Below, in pieces: positions 9,714-19,483 of a DNA stretch of 64,000 bases. Origin of the DNA: Candidatus Tepidifontimicrobium thermophilum (GTDB lineage: Bacteria; Sysuimicrobiota; Sysuimicrobiia; Sysuimicrobiales; Sysuimicrobiaceae); contig JAVKHO010000012.1 of assembly GCA_031459915.1 (NCBI GenBank), positions 1 to 64,000 on the forward strand, given 5' to 3'. The position numbers and the translations under genes are program-made. The stretch's first letter is position 1. Every line of letters starts with the position of its first letter. The notes under the pieces were generated by a model. The model had not been told where the DNA came from and did no database searches. It saw nothing but the letters and a program-made list of their open reading frames with translations.

Positions 9714-10193
9714 TCACGCCCCGCCGAACCGGCGCCGCAGGCGGACCCTTACCCCTTCGGGGACCAGCCCGTCCACGGACCCGCCCAGACGCGCCACCTC
9801 CTTGATGAGGGTGGAACTGACGAACCCGTACTCAGGGCTCGTGGGCAGGAACACCGTCTCCAGCTCGGGTGCCAGGCGGCGGTTCACGTGGGCCATCCGC
9901 AGCTCGTACTCCAGGTCCCCCACCCGCACGCCCTTCACGATGGCCGACGCCCCACACCGCCGCGCGAACTCCACCGTAAGCCCGTCGAAGCTCTGCACCT
10001 CCACCCCCTCCAGGCCCGCTACCGCCTCCCGCAGCATGTCCACCCGCTCCTGGACCGTAAACAGCGGCTCCTTGCCGGACTCCAAAGCCACGCCGACCAC
10101 CACGCGGGCAAAGAGCGCCCGCGCCCGGCGGATCACGTCCACGTGCCCGTTGTGCACGGGGTCAAAGGTCCCCGGGTACACCGCGACCTTCAC
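9714..10193 (-). CDS. coaD: Phosphopantetheine adenylyltransferase
   Basis: YPGTFDPVHNGH, VSSTLIKE. Confidence 0.96.
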   Translation of the reverse strand: MKVAVYPGTFDPVHNGHVDVIRRARALFARVVVGVALESGKEPLFTVQERVDMLREAVAGLEGVEVQSFDGLTVEFARRCGASAIVKGVRVGDLEYELRMAHVNRRLAPELETVFLPTSPEYGFVSSTLIKEVARLGGSVDGLVPEGVRVRLRRRFGGA

Positions 10194-10749
10194 CAGTAGC
10201 TCCTTTCGCCCTGCGGAGGAACGCCACCGCGGTGTCGCCGTAGGTGCGCTGCCAGGTCACCTCGAGCCCCTCCACCGCCACGGGCTCGCCGCGGGCGCCT
10301 TCCGCCACCACCAGCCCGTCGTCCCGCAGGACCGGGCTGTGCGCCAGCGCCCGCAGGGCGCGCTGCAGCCACCCGCTGCGGTACGGAGGGTCCAGGAAAA
10401 TCAGGTGGAAACGGTCGCCCCGCTGCTCGAGCCTCCGCAGGGCCCGCAGGGCGTCCGCCCGCCACACCTCCGCCCGCCCCGTGAAGCCCGCGGCCTGCAG
10501 GTTGGCCCGCAGCCCGGCTACGGTCCTGGGGTCGAGCTCCACGAACACCGAGCGCCGGGCGCCGCGGCTCAACGCCTCGATCCCCAGCGTCCCCACCCCC
10601 GCGAACAGGTCGAGCACGTCCGCGTCCACCACCCGGTCCGCCAGGGCGTTGAAAATCGCCTCCCGCACCCGGTCCTGGGTCGGCCGCGCGGCCACCCCCC
10701 GAGGCACCCGCAGCCGCTTCCCCTTGGCCTCCCCCGCGGCGACCCGCAC
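10162..10749 (-). CDS. rsmD: 16S rRNA m2G966 methyltransferase
   Basis: RPT.DRVREAIFN, LDLFAG.G, EALSRGA, DPPY. Confidence 0.94.
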   Translation of the reverse strand: MRVAAGEAKGKRLRVPRGVAARPTQDRVREAIFNALADRVVDADVLDLFAGVGTLGIEALSRGARRSVFVELDPRTVAGLRANLQAAGFTGRAEVWRADALRALRRLEQRGDRFHLIFLDPPYRSGWLQRALRALAHSPVLRDDGLVVAEGARGEPVAVEGLEVTWQRTYGDTAVAFLRRAKGATGEGRGVPGDL

Positions 10750-10751
10750 CG

Positions 10752-12836
10752 TCAGCCCACCGCCAGGTACGCCCCGGACTCCGCGTACCGCCGCAGCAGG
10801 CGCTCCCGCAGGACCCGGTGCTCCGGCCGTTCCAGCTGCGGGTCCTCCTCCAGGATGCGCTCCGCCGCCTCCCGCGCCCGCTCCAGCAGCGCCACGTCCC
10901 CGATGGGGTCGGCCACCCGGAACTCCGGCAGCCCGTGCTGGCGCGTGCCGAAGAACTCCCCCGGACCCCGCAGCTCCAGGTCCACCTGCGCGATGCGGAA
11001 CCCGTCGTTGGTGTCCACCAGGGCGTCGATGCGTCGCCGCGCCTCGTCAGTCGGCAACGCCGAGATCAGGATACAGTAGGACCGGTGGGACGAACGGCCC
11101 ACCCGGCCCCGGAGCTGGTGCAGCTGCGCGAGCCCGAAGCGGTCCGCGTCCTCCACCACCATCACCGTGGCGTTGGGGACGTCCACCCCCACCTCGATCA
11201 CCGGGGTGGCCACCAGCACCTGGATCTCCCCGCGGCGGAACGCCTCCATGACCGCGTCCTTCTCCGCCACGGGCATGCGGCCGTGCAAGAGGCCCACCCG
11301 CAGGTCGGGGAACACCTGGGTGCGCATGCGCTCGTACAGCTCCACCGCGGCGGAGGCGTCCACGCGCTCGGACTCCTCCACCAGGGGGCACACCACGTAC
11401 GCCTGGCGGCCTGCCTGGACCTGCTGGCGGACGAACTCGTACACCCGGTCCCGGCGGTCCGGAAAGCGGTGGTAGGTCCGCACCGGGTGCCGGCCCGGGG
11501 GCAGCTCGTCCAGTACGGAGACGTCCAGGTCGCCGTACAGGGTCAGGGCCAGGGTCCTGGGGATGGGTGTCGCGGTCATGACCAGGACGTCAGGCTCGTG
11601 TCCCTTGGCCCGAAGGGCCGCCCGCTGCGCCACCCCGAACTTGTGCTGCTCGTCCACCACCACCAGGGCGAGCCGGTCGAACACCACGTCCTCCTGCAGC
11701 AGCGCGTGGGTGCCCACCACCAGGTCCGCCTCGCCCCGCGCCACCTCCGCCAGCACGGCCTCGCGCTCGCTTCTCCGCATCCCACCCGTCAGCAACACCA
11801 CCCGCACGCCCACAGGCTCCAGGAACCGGCGGAAGGTGAGGTAGTGCTGCTCCGCGAGGATCTCCGTGGGCGCCATCACCGCAGCCTGGTGCCCGCCGCC
11901 CGCACACACCACCACCGCGGCCGCTGCCACCACGGTCTTGCCGGAACCCACGTCCCCCTGCAGGAGGCGGTTCATGGGGTGCGGGGAGTACAGCTCCCGG
12001 CGGATCTGCTCGATGGCCCGGCGCTGCGCGCCGGTGAGCTGGAACGGTAGGGTGTCCAGGAAAGCCTCCAGCAGGCCCCCGTCCTCCCGGTAGCGGTGGG
12101 GCTTGGTGGCGGCGGCGACCGCGCGCCGCCGCAGGAGCAGGGCCAGCTCCAGCTCCAGGAACTCCGCGAAGGCCAGGGTGCGGCGCGCCCGGTCGCCCTC
12201 CTCCACGGTGTCGGGGAAGTGTACCCGCCAGAGGGCTTCCCGTACAGGGAGCAACCCGTACCGGGCCCGCACGTCTTCTGGAAGGAGCTCGGGGACCCGC
12301 TGCGCGAAGGCTTCCAGGGCCGCGTGCACCGCCCGCCGCACCAGCCGGGGCGACAGCTGCTCGGTGGCCGGGTGGACGGGGACCACGCGGCCCGTGTGCA
12401 GGGTCCCGTCCTCCTCGGAGGCCCGCTCGAACTCCGGGGACTCCACCTCGATCTGGCCCCGCTCCCGCCGCACCCGTCCCCAGAGGACGATCTCGGTCCC
12501 CGGGGACAGGACCTTGTCCAGGTGGCGGCGGCCCCAGAACTTGGCCACCGCCACCGCCGTCCCGTCCGTGACGTACACCTCCGTGAGCTTCTTGGGGCTG
12601 CGCAGCTGCGGCTCCCGCAGCCGTACCACCTTCACCCGGAAGGTGGCGAAGCTGTCGTGCGCGGCCCCGTACAGGGTGGCGAAGTGGCTGCGGTCCTCGT
12701 ACCGGCGCGGCACGTGGTACAGGAGGTCTTCCACCGTCCGGATCCCCAGGCGCGCGAAGGCCTGCGCCAGGCGGGGCCCCACGCCCCGCACGTACTGGAC
12801 GGGCTGCTGCAGAGGGTCTGCGACCCGCGTGGTCAT
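10752..12836 (-). CDS. recG: ATP-dependent DNA helicase RecG
   Basis: QGDVGSGKT, DEQHKFG, MTATPIPRT, QLHQLRGRVGR, RGPGEFFG; start re-set to ATG at 12836. Confidence 0.97.
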   Translation of the reverse strand: MTTRVADPLQQPVQYVRGVGPRLAQAFARLGIRTVEDLLYHVPRRYEDRSHFATLYGAAHDSFATFRVKVVRLREPQLRSPKKLTEVYVTDGTAVAVAKFWGRRHLDKVLSPGTEIVLWGRVRRERGQIEVESPEFERASEEDGTLHTGRVVPVHPATEQLSPRLVRRAVHAALEAFAQRVPELLPEDVRARYGLLPVREALWRVHFPDTVEEGDRARRTLAFAEFLELELALLLRRRAVAAATKPHRYREDGGLLEAFLDTLPFQLTGAQRRAIEQIRRELYSPHPMNRLLQGDVGSGKTVVAAAAVVVCAGGGHQAAVMAPTEILAEQHYLTFRRFLEPVGVRVVLLTGGMRRSEREAVLAEVARGEADLVVGTHALLQEDVVFDRLALVVVDEQHKFGVAQRAALRAKGHEPDVLVMTATPIPRTLALTLYGDLDVSVLDELPPGRHPVRTYHRFPDRRDRVYEFVRQQVQAGRQAYVVCPLVEESERVDASAAVELYERMRTQVFPDLRVGLLHGRMPVAEKDAVMEAFRRGEIQVLVATPVIEVGVDVPNATVMVVEDADRFGLAQLHQLRGRVGRSSHRSYCILISALPTDEARRRIDALVDTNDGFRIAQVDLELRGPGEFFGTRQHGLPEFRVADPIGDVALLERAREAAERILEEDPQLERPEHRVLRERLLRRYAESGAYLAVG

Positions 12837-12877
12837 CCCGTAACCCTGTTCGACCCGGGCGGCCGGTTTCCTGGCGT

Positions 12878-12907
12878 TTGCGGGCCGCGGGCGGGCCGTG
12901 GTAGAAT
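12878..12907 (+). promoter_or_regulatory. Putative rpmB promoter
   Basis: TTGCGG-N18-TAGAAT with extended TG. Confidence 0.5.
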
Positions 12908-12956
12908 CGGCGGGCGCCAGCACGGCGGCGGCCCCAGCAGCGGACGGTGAGTGGAG

Positions 12957-13148
12957 ATGGCGAGGACGTGCGAGATCTGCGGAAAGGGCCCGAGGTCGGG
13001 CCACAGCGTCTCCTTCAGCAACAAGCACAGCAAGCGGCGGTTCGTGCCGAACCTGCAGCGGGTGCGCGCCGTGGTGGACGGCGTGCCTCGCCGGGTCCGC
13101 GTGTGCACCACGTGCCTGAAGGCCGGCCGCATCAAGCGGGCGGTGTAG
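12957..13148 (+). CDS. rpmB: 50S ribosomal protein L28 (zinc-binding form)
   Basis: CEICGK, RRFVPNLQ, VCTTCLK. Confidence 0.96.
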   Translation: MARTCEICGKGPRSGHSVSFSNKHSKRRFVPNLQRVRAVVDGVPRRVRVCTTCLKAGRIKRAV

Positions 13149-13179
13149 CAAGCGCGGCTCGTGGACGCACCGTGACCGG

Positions 13180-14076
13180 TCAGGCCACGGGCGGCCGGGT
13201 GCCCCGCAGCCGCCAGACCAGCTCCTGAAGGGCCTGGGGGCCCAGGACGTACACCTCCCCGCAGAACCGGCACCGCACCTCCGCGCGGCCTTCTGCCAGG
13301 AGGGACTCCACTTCCTCGGCGCCCAGGAGCGCCAGCACCCCTTCCACCCGCTCGCGGGAACAGGTGCACCGGTACCGCACGGGCCGTTCCTCCAGGATCT
13401 GCGCGCCCAGGCGGCCGAGGGCAGCCCGGGCCAGGTCCGCGGAGGAGGCTCCCTCGCGGACCAGCTGTGTCACCGGAGGAAGGGCCCGCACGTGCGCTTC
13501 CAGGTAGTCCCGGACTCCAGGGTCCGCGTCCGGCATCACCTGCACGATGAACCCGCCTGCCGCGGACACGCGTCCGTCCGGTTCCACCAGGACGCCCAGG
13601 GACACCGCGGACGGTACCTGCTCGGACTGTGCCAGGTAGTACGCCAGGTCCTCCGCGATCTCACCGGAGACCAGGGGCGCGCTGCCGTGGTACGGCCACC
13701 GCAGCCCCAGGTCCTTGGTCACGTGCAGCATCCCGCGTCCCACCGCGGCCCCCACGTCCAGCTTGCGCCGGCTTGAAAGCGGCAGGTGTATCGTGGGGTT
13801 CTGCACGTAGCCCCGCACGTCGCCGGAGGCGGTGGTGTCCGTGACGATCCCGCCCAGGGGGCCGTCCCCCAGGATCCGCAGGGTCACCTTCTGCTGGCCT
13901 TCCAGGGTGGCGCTCAGCAGGCTCGAAGCCGTGAGGGCGCGTCCCAGGGCCGCGGCCGCGGTGGGTGCCGCTCCGTGCCGCCTGCGGGCCTCCTCCACCA
14001 GCCGGGTGGTGACGCACGCGAAGGCCAGCACGCCTTCCGACCCCATGGCGCGGACCAGGGTTTCCACGTCCTCCAC
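13180..14076 (-). CDS. hslO: Hsp33 redox-regulated chaperone
   Basis: AAALGR.LT, GEIAEDL.YY..SEQ.PS, CxC...CxxC. Confidence 0.95.
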   Translation of the reverse strand: MEDVETLVRAMGSEGVLAFACVTTRLVEEARRRHGAAPTAAAALGRALTASSLLSATLEGQQKVTLRILGDGPLGGIVTDTTASGDVRGYVQNPTIHLPLSSRRKLDVGAAVGRGMLHVTKDLGLRWPYHGSAPLVSGEIAEDLAYYLAQSEQVPSAVSLGVLVEPDGRVSAAGGFIVQVMPDADPGVRDYLEAHVRALPPVTQLVREGASSADLARAALGRLGAQILEERPVRYRCTCSRERVEGVLALLGAEEVESLLAEGRAEVRCRFCGEVYVLGPQALQELVWRLRGTRPPVA

Positions 14077-14080
14077 CTCC

Positions 14081-14770
14081 TCACGCGCGCGGGCGCGGCC
14101 TCCTCACGCGGACGGCCAGCAGTTCGCCTTCAGACACCGCCACCCACGCAGGCTCCTCTGTGACCTCGTTGCTGACCCCGAGGGTGCTGCCGAGGGTCAG
14201 GGTGCCGTCCACCAGAGCAAACCGAAGGCCGCCTGTGTGGATTCCCGAGCTGTGGGGCCGCAGGGAGAACAAGGACACCCAGTCGCCCACGCGGGCGTCC
14301 AGCTCCACCCGGCCCCGCACGAGCTGCACCAGGGTCCCTCCGGCCACTACCCGTAGGTCCACCCCGCGGTCCGCCGCGTAGCGGGGCAGGAGCAGGTTGG
14401 CGAGCTCGTGGTCCACCCGCTTCCCGATCCCGCCCAGGAGGTAGGCGGTGCGGAAGCCCCGTTCCGCCACCACGTCCACCGCCAGCTCGCTGTCCGTCTT
14501 GTCCTTGGCCTCGGGGTAGCGGAAGCGCTCGGCCCCCACCTGCTCCAGCCAGTTCACCAGGCCAAGGTCCAGGGAGTCCCAGTCCCCCACCACCACGTGC
14601 GGCCTCCAGCCCGCGCGGTGGGCCCGGGCCACGCCGCCGTCCGCGCACACCACGAGGCTCGCGGCACGGTAGCGGCGTGGCAGCGGACCGCGCCCTCCGG
14701 CCACGATGGCTGCGTACGGCTCCTCCGGCCTCACGGAAGGCATGGTAGCCTGGAGGACCGACGCGGGCAA
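14081..14770 (-). CDS. thiN: Thiamine diphosphokinase
   Basis: CADGG, VGDWDS, KDKTD.ELA, G.R.DH, LGVSNE; start could be ATG 14743. Confidence 0.92.
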   Translation of the reverse strand: MPASVLQATMPSVRPEEPYAAIVAGGRGPLPRRYRAASLVVCADGGVARAHRAGWRPHVVVGDWDSLDLGLVNWLEQVGAERFRYPEAKDKTDSELAVDVVAERGFRTAYLLGGIGKRVDHELANLLLPRYAADRGVDLRVVAGGTLVQLVRGRVELDARVGDWVSLFSLRPHSSGIHTGGLRFALVDGTLTLGSTLGVSNEVTEEPAWVAVSEGELLAVRVRRPRPRA

Positions 14771-14816
14771 AGCCCGCCTGAATCCGGGGTGACGCGGCCG
14801 CGTCGCCGCGCAGGCT

Positions 14817-15335
14817 TCAGTCCGACCTTTCCGAGGGCGCCGGGAGGGCGCGCAGGACGAGCAGGGTCAGCACCACGCTGACCACCACCTCCGGCAGCAT
14901 GTAGGAGCCGTTGTACGCCGCAGAGTACACCCACGGACTGGTCCCCCGCGGCGCGTACTGGGCGAAGAACACCACCCCGCTGAGGAGGTGGGAGACGAAC
15001 CGGCCCGCCCCGCCCACCACCACGCCCAGCCAGGGCAGATGCGGGAAAAAGCCCGCCAAGCCGAGGGCGCCAAACGCCACCGGGTAGTCCAGCAGGAACT
15101 GCACAGGGTGGACGAACACCGGCTCCAGTACGAAGTTCACCAGCCCCAGCAACACACCGGCTGCGATGCCCGTGCGCGGTCCCCACCGCAGGCTCAGGTA
15201 GAACACCGGCACCATGCTGCCCGCGGTGATGGAACCTCCCTGGGGCAGCTGGTACACCTTCACCAGGCCCAGGGCGGCGCCCAGGGCGACGGCGATCCCG
15301 GACTCCGCCAGCTGCCGCGTGCGCAACGACTTCAC
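14817..15335 (-). CDS. thiT: ECF S-component, thiamine transporter ThiT
   Basis: PQGGSI, HPVQFLLDYP.AF, SGVVFF..YAP, YS..YNGSY; GTG start at 15335. Confidence 0.92.
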   Translation of the reverse strand: MKSLRTRQLAESGIAVALGAALGLVKVYQLPQGGSITAGSMVPVFYLSLRWGPRTGIAAGVLLGLVNFVLEPVFVHPVQFLLDYPVAFGALGLAGFFPHLPWLGVVVGGAGRFVSHLLSGVVFFAQYAPRGTSPWVYSAAYNGSYMLPEVVVSVVLTLLVLRALPAPSERSD

Positions 15336-16153
15336 CCTGCACCTCCCCCCGCGGCCCCGTCCGGCCGCAACCACTGGAACAGCGGGTTGCACGGCCCGAC
15401 CCCACGGCCCAGGGGCAGGCCGTACCGGATGGCCTCCGTCACGAACTCCTTCCCCTTCCTGACGGCTTCCCGGACGGACAGGCCCCGGCTCAGGTACGCC
15501 GCGATGGCCGCGGACAGCACGCAGCCCGTCCCGTGGGTGTGGCGGGTAGACAGGCGCTCTGCCCGCAGCTCCTCGAACCCGTCCCCGTCGTAGAACACGT
15601 CCACGGGGTCGCCCTCCAGGTGGCCGCCTTTCACCAGGACCGCCCTCGGCCCCAGGTCCCGCAGGGCACGCGCGGCGTCCCGCATGTCCTCGACTCCCCG
15701 GATGGGCCGGCCCAGCAGGGCTTCCGCCTCCGGCAGGTTGGGGGTGATGACCAGGGCCAGGGGCAAAAGCTGCGCCCGCAGGGCGTGCTGTGCTTCCGGC
15801 CGCAGCAGGGGCGCGCCGCTTTTGGCCACCATCACGGGGTCCACCACCAGCCGATCCAGCCGGTGGTGGCGGACCCGGTCCGCCACCGCCTCGATGATGG
15901 GCACGCTGCTCAACATGCCCGTCTTGGCCGCGTGCACCCCGATGTCCTCCACCACCACGTCGATCTGCCGGGCCACCACCTCCGGGGGCACCTCGTGCAC
16001 CGCGTACACCCCCGTGGTGTTCTGGGCGGTCAGCGCGGTAATCGCACTCATTCCGAACACCCCGAGGGCCGAGAAGGTCTTGAGGTCCGCCTGGATGCCA
16101 GCCCCTCCCCCGGAGTCCGAACCCGCGATCGTCAGCGCCTTCGGTACCGTCAC
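15332..16153 (-). CDS. thiD: HMP/HMP-P kinase
   Basis: IAGSDSGGGAGIQADLKT, VDPVMVAKSG, TPNLPEA, HGTGC. Confidence 0.96.
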   Translation of the reverse strand: MTVPKALTIAGSDSGGGAGIQADLKTFSALGVFGMSAITALTAQNTTGVYAVHEVPPEVVARQIDVVVEDIGVHAAKTGMLSSVPIIEAVADRVRHHRLDRLVVDPVMVAKSGAPLLRPEAQHALRAQLLPLALVITPNLPEAEALLGRPIRGVEDMRDAARALRDLGPRAVLVKGGHLEGDPVDVFYDGDGFEELRAERLSTRHTHGTGCVLSAAIAAYLSRGLSVREAVRKGKEFVTEAIRYGLPLGRGVGPCNPLFQWLRPDGAAGGGAG

Positions 16154-16800
16154 CTTTCCGCACCTCCCCGCTCCTGCAGTGCCGCGTCCACCACCTCCCG
16201 CAGCCGTCGGGTGGCTTCCACCATGTCGTCCGCTGCCGCCACCGCGGAGACCACCGCCACCCCCGCGGCGCCCGCGCGGATTACCTCCGCGGCGTTGTCC
16301 AGGGTGATGCCGCCGATGCCCACCACCGGGATGCGCACCGCCTCCACGATCCTCCGCAGGCCTTCCGGACCGATGGCACCTCCCGCGTCCGGCTTGGTGG
16401 CGGTGGGGAACACGGGCCCCACGCCGAGGTAGTCCGCGCCGTCCGCCTGGGCTCGCAGCGCCTCCTCCACGGTGCCCGCAGAGGCTCCCACGACCCGGTC
16501 CGGACCCAGAAGCCGGCGCGCGTCCGCCACGGGCAGGTCGTCCTCTCCCACGTGGGCGCCGTCCGCCTCCGCCGCCAGGGCCACGTCCACCCGGTCGTTC
16601 ACCACGAAGGTCGCCCTCGCCCTGCGGGTCAGGGCGCGGAGCTGGCGGGCCCACTGCACCAGCTCCCGGCCGCTGGCCTGCTTGTCCCGAAGCTGCACCA
16701 CCGTGGCTCCTCCCACCAGGGCCGCGCGCGCGACGTCCTCGTGGCTTCGGCCGCGGAAGGTGCGGTCGGTGATCACGTACACCCGCAGATCCAGCCGCAC
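16150..16800 (-). CDS. thiE: Thiamine-phosphate synthase
   Basis: QLRDK, VNDRVD, H.G.DD, GPVFPTATK, IGGI. Confidence 0.96.
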   Translation of the reverse strand: MRLDLRVYVITDRTFRGRSHEDVARAALVGGATVVQLRDKQASGRELVQWARQLRALTRRARATFVVNDRVDVALAAEADGAHVGEDDLPVADARRLLGPDRVVGASAGTVEEALRAQADGADYLGVGPVFPTATKPDAGGAIGPEGLRRIVEAVRIPVVGIGGITLDNAAEVIRAGAAGVAVVSAVAAADDMVEATRRLREVVDAALQERGGAER

Positions 16801-16801
16801 C

Positions 16802-17635
16802 TCACCCCCCGTGCGGAGCCGCGGGCAGTTCCACCAGGCTCGCGCGCACGCCAGCCCGCAGGTCCTGCGGCTGGAGGCGGGCCAGCTGGTCCAGGAGGGC
16901 CACCCGGAAGCTAGCAGGCCCACAGGCCTGTTCGGCCGCCCGCTCCGCAGCGTAGCCGAAGTACGCTAGCGCCGCAGCAGTAGCTGTGAGGGGGTCGTCC
17001 GCCACCGCGAGGAAGCACGCCACTACCCCGCTGGCCATGCAGCCGGCCCCTGCCACACTTCTCAGCCACGGGTGCCCGTTGTCCACGGCCACAAACCGCA
17101 CGCCGTCTGCGACCCAGTCCCGCGGCCCGGTCACTGCAGCCACCACGCGGTGACGCCGCGCGACCTCCCGGGCCACCTCCTCCGGAGGGCTTGCCGCCCC
17201 CACGGACTCCACCCCGCGCAGGAAGCCTTCCCCTCCTGCCAGGTGAGCCATCTCCGCCAGGTTGCCCCGCACCGCGGTAACCGGAAGTTCCCGCAACAAG
17301 CGCCGGGCTGCGTCGGCCCGGAGTTTGGTGAGGCCGACCCCCACGGGATCCAGCACCACCGGCACCCGGCGTTCGCCCGCCCGGCGGCCCGCGAGCAGCA
17401 TCGCCTCCACCCGGCGGGGCGTGAGGGTGCCCAGGTTCAGCGCCAGGGCGGAAGCAGTCGCGGCCACCTCCTCCACCTCTTCACAGGCGTGGGCCATCAC
17501 GGGGAGGGCGCCTGTGGCCAGGGTGGCGTTCGCCACGTCGGTGGCGCTCACCACGTTGGTGATGTGGTGCACCAGGGGCCGGAGGCCGCGGACCCGGTCC
17601 AGGAGTTGCGCGCTGACTTCGCCGAGCGGCTCCAA
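16802..17635 (-). CDS. thiM: Hydroxyethylthiazole kinase
   Basis: PLVHHITN.V, NLGTL, VLDPVG, RGN..E, GAGC. Confidence 0.95.
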   Translation of the reverse strand: MEPLGEVSAQLLDRVRGLRPLVHHITNVVSATDVANATLATGALPVMAHACEEVEEVAATASALALNLGTLTPRRVEAMLLAGRRAGERRVPVVLDPVGVGLTKLRADAARRLLRELPVTAVRGNLAEMAHLAGGEGFLRGVESVGAASPPEEVAREVARRHRVVAAVTGPRDWVADGVRFVAVDNGHPWLRSVAGAGCMASGVVACFLAVADDPLTATAAALAYFGYAAERAAEQACGPASFRVALLDQLARLQPQDLRAGVRASLVELPAAPHGG

Positions 17636-17639
17636 CCCG

Positions 17640-18992
17640 CTACCTCCGCCGTGCCAGGACGGCGTACAGCACGAAGCTCAACGCCAGGCTGGGCAGCGAA
17701 CCGCCGAGCCAGGGGAGGTGGCTGGAGAGCGGGAAGGGGGCTCCTGTGGCCCCGAACAGGGACGACAGCAGGGCCTTCCAGCCAGGGATCTCCGTGGGGA
17801 CGATCCACTGGTACACCACAAACCCCACGAGCCAGGAGACGAAGCCGGGCCAGCGCGGTGCCCGGGCTGCGGGACCGTACAGGTCGTCCGGGAAGACGCG
17901 GCGCCGCCGGACCACGAAGTAGTCCGCGGCCAGGACCCCGAAGAGGGGCACGAAAAAGGCCCCGATGAGGAACAGGAACGACTCGTACTGCACCAGGGGT
18001 ACCGTGGCCGCGAGGGCTGAACACACCACCCCGGCTCCCACCGCCAGCTGCTTGCGGTTCGCCTGCGGCCACAGGTTCTGCAGGGACACCGAGGTGCTGT
18101 AGATGTTGGCGAACGCCTCGTCCGTCTCGTCCACGAGGAGGATGGCCAGGGCCACCGCCCCCGCAGGGATGGCCAGCACCGCGGCCACCAGGTCCTCCGC
18201 CCGCAGGGCCAGCATGAAGAGGGCTCCCAGGCCGTAGAACCACACGTTGGCCAGGCCGTAGCCCACCGCGGTGCCCCAGAAGGCACCCCCCGGTCGGGTG
18301 GCGAAGCGCGTGTAGTCGGCCACCAGGGGGATCCACGACACCGGCATCGCCACCACCAGGTCCACACCCAGCCAGAAGGACAGCTCCCCGGTACCGGGCC
18401 GGTTCCACAGGGTGGCGATGTCGAAGCGCGCCAGCGCGTACCACGTCAGGTACACGGTGGAGGCCAGGACGAACCAGATGGCGTAACGGCGCAGCCACCG
18501 CCGGACCACCACGATGGGCCCGCCCACCGCCATCAGGGTGGTCAGCAGGCCGAAGAGGGCCACCCACGCCACGTAGTTGGACGCGCCCAGCAGCCGCCGT
18601 GTGATGGCGTCGGCGCTGGTGGCGATGATGAGGATCTCGAAGGCGCCCCAACCGATGTTCTGCAGCACGTTCAGGGCCGTGGGCACCGCCGAGCCGCGGA
18701 TGCCCAGAGGCGCGCGCAGGAGGACCATGCTGGGCGCCCCCACCTCGGCACCGATCCACGCGGCCACCCCCAGCAGCAGGTTCCCCAGGACGGCTCCCAC
18801 CACCGTGGCGAGAAGCGCGTCCCGCAGCCCCAAGCCGGGCACCAGCAGCGCCCCGGCGACCAGCAGCAGCAGGCTCACCCCGAGGTTGAACCACAGGACG
18901 AACACCTCCACCGCGGCCAGGGGCCGCTGCTCTGTGGGGATGGGTTCAACGCCCCACTCGGCGGCAAGCGTCGCTTCCCGGGCGTCCGCCAT
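17640..18992 (-). CDS. cytX: NCS1-family putative hydroxymethylpyrimidine permease
   Basis: Multi-pass membrane protein; NVLQ..GW..FE, AMP.SW.PL.ADY.RF, FANIYS; thi operon context. Confidence 0.85.
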   Translation of the reverse strand: MADAREATLAAEWGVEPIPTEQRPLAAVEVFVLWFNLGVSLLLLVAGALLVPGLGLRDALLATVVGAVLGNLLLGVAAWIGAEVGAPSMVLLRAPLGIRGSAVPTALNVLQNIGWGAFEILIIATSADAITRRLLGASNYVAWVALFGLLTTLMAVGGPIVVVRRWLRRYAIWFVLASTVYLTWYALARFDIATLWNRPGTGELSFWLGVDLVVAMPVSWIPLVADYTRFATRPGGAFWGTAVGYGLANVWFYGLGALFMLALRAEDLVAAVLAIPAGAVALAILLVDETDEAFANIYSTSVSLQNLWPQANRKQLAVGAGVVCSALAATVPLVQYESFLFLIGAFFVPLFGVLAADYFVVRRRRVFPDDLYGPAARAPRWPGFVSWLVGFVVYQWIVPTEIPGWKALLSSLFGATGAPFPLSSHLPWLGGSLPSLALSFVLYAVLARRR

Positions 18993-19483
18993 CAGGCCAC
19001 CACCTCCGGCACCGCCCGCGCCCGCACCAGGGCCTGCAGCACCAGCCAGCCGAGCACCGCGCCGGGCACGCTGCTGGCCAGGAAGAGGGGCAGGAGTGTA
19101 GATAGCGGAATGGCCTTCCCCATGAAGAGGGGCGCCACCAGGAGGCTACCGAGGGTGGCTCCCACGGGGCCGGTGCCCACGGGCTCCAGCAGCCCCGCCC
19201 AGGCGTGGCGCCACCACCGGTACGCGAAGCCCACCACCAGGGCCCCGGGGATCCCTCCAGGGAACGCCAGCAGGGTGCCCACGCCGAACAGGTTACGGAG
19301 CACCGCGGCCAGGGTCGCGGCCAGGGCCGCGTACCACGGCCCCAGGACTACCCCCGCCACCGCGTTGGTCATGTGCTGCCAGGGCAGCAGCTTCGCTCCG
19401 GCCACCGGGATCGACCCCGGCACGAAAGACAGGACCACCGGGACCGCTGCGAACACTGCGGTGAGGACCAGCTTGCGCGTCAT
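18992..19483 (-). CDS. thiW: ECF S-component ThiW (thiazole precursor)
   Basis: P.QH..N...GV.LGPWY, LRN..G.GTLLAFPG, EP.GTG..G, SS.PG. Confidence 0.9.
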   Translation of the reverse strand: MTRKLVLTAVFAAVPVVLSFVPGSIPVAGAKLLPWQHMTNAVAGVVLGPWYAALAATLAAVLRNLFGVGTLLAFPGGIPGALVVGFAYRWWRHAWAGLLEPVGTGPVGATLGSLLVAPLFMGKAIPLSTLLPLFLASSVPGAVLGWLVLQALVRARAVPEVVA

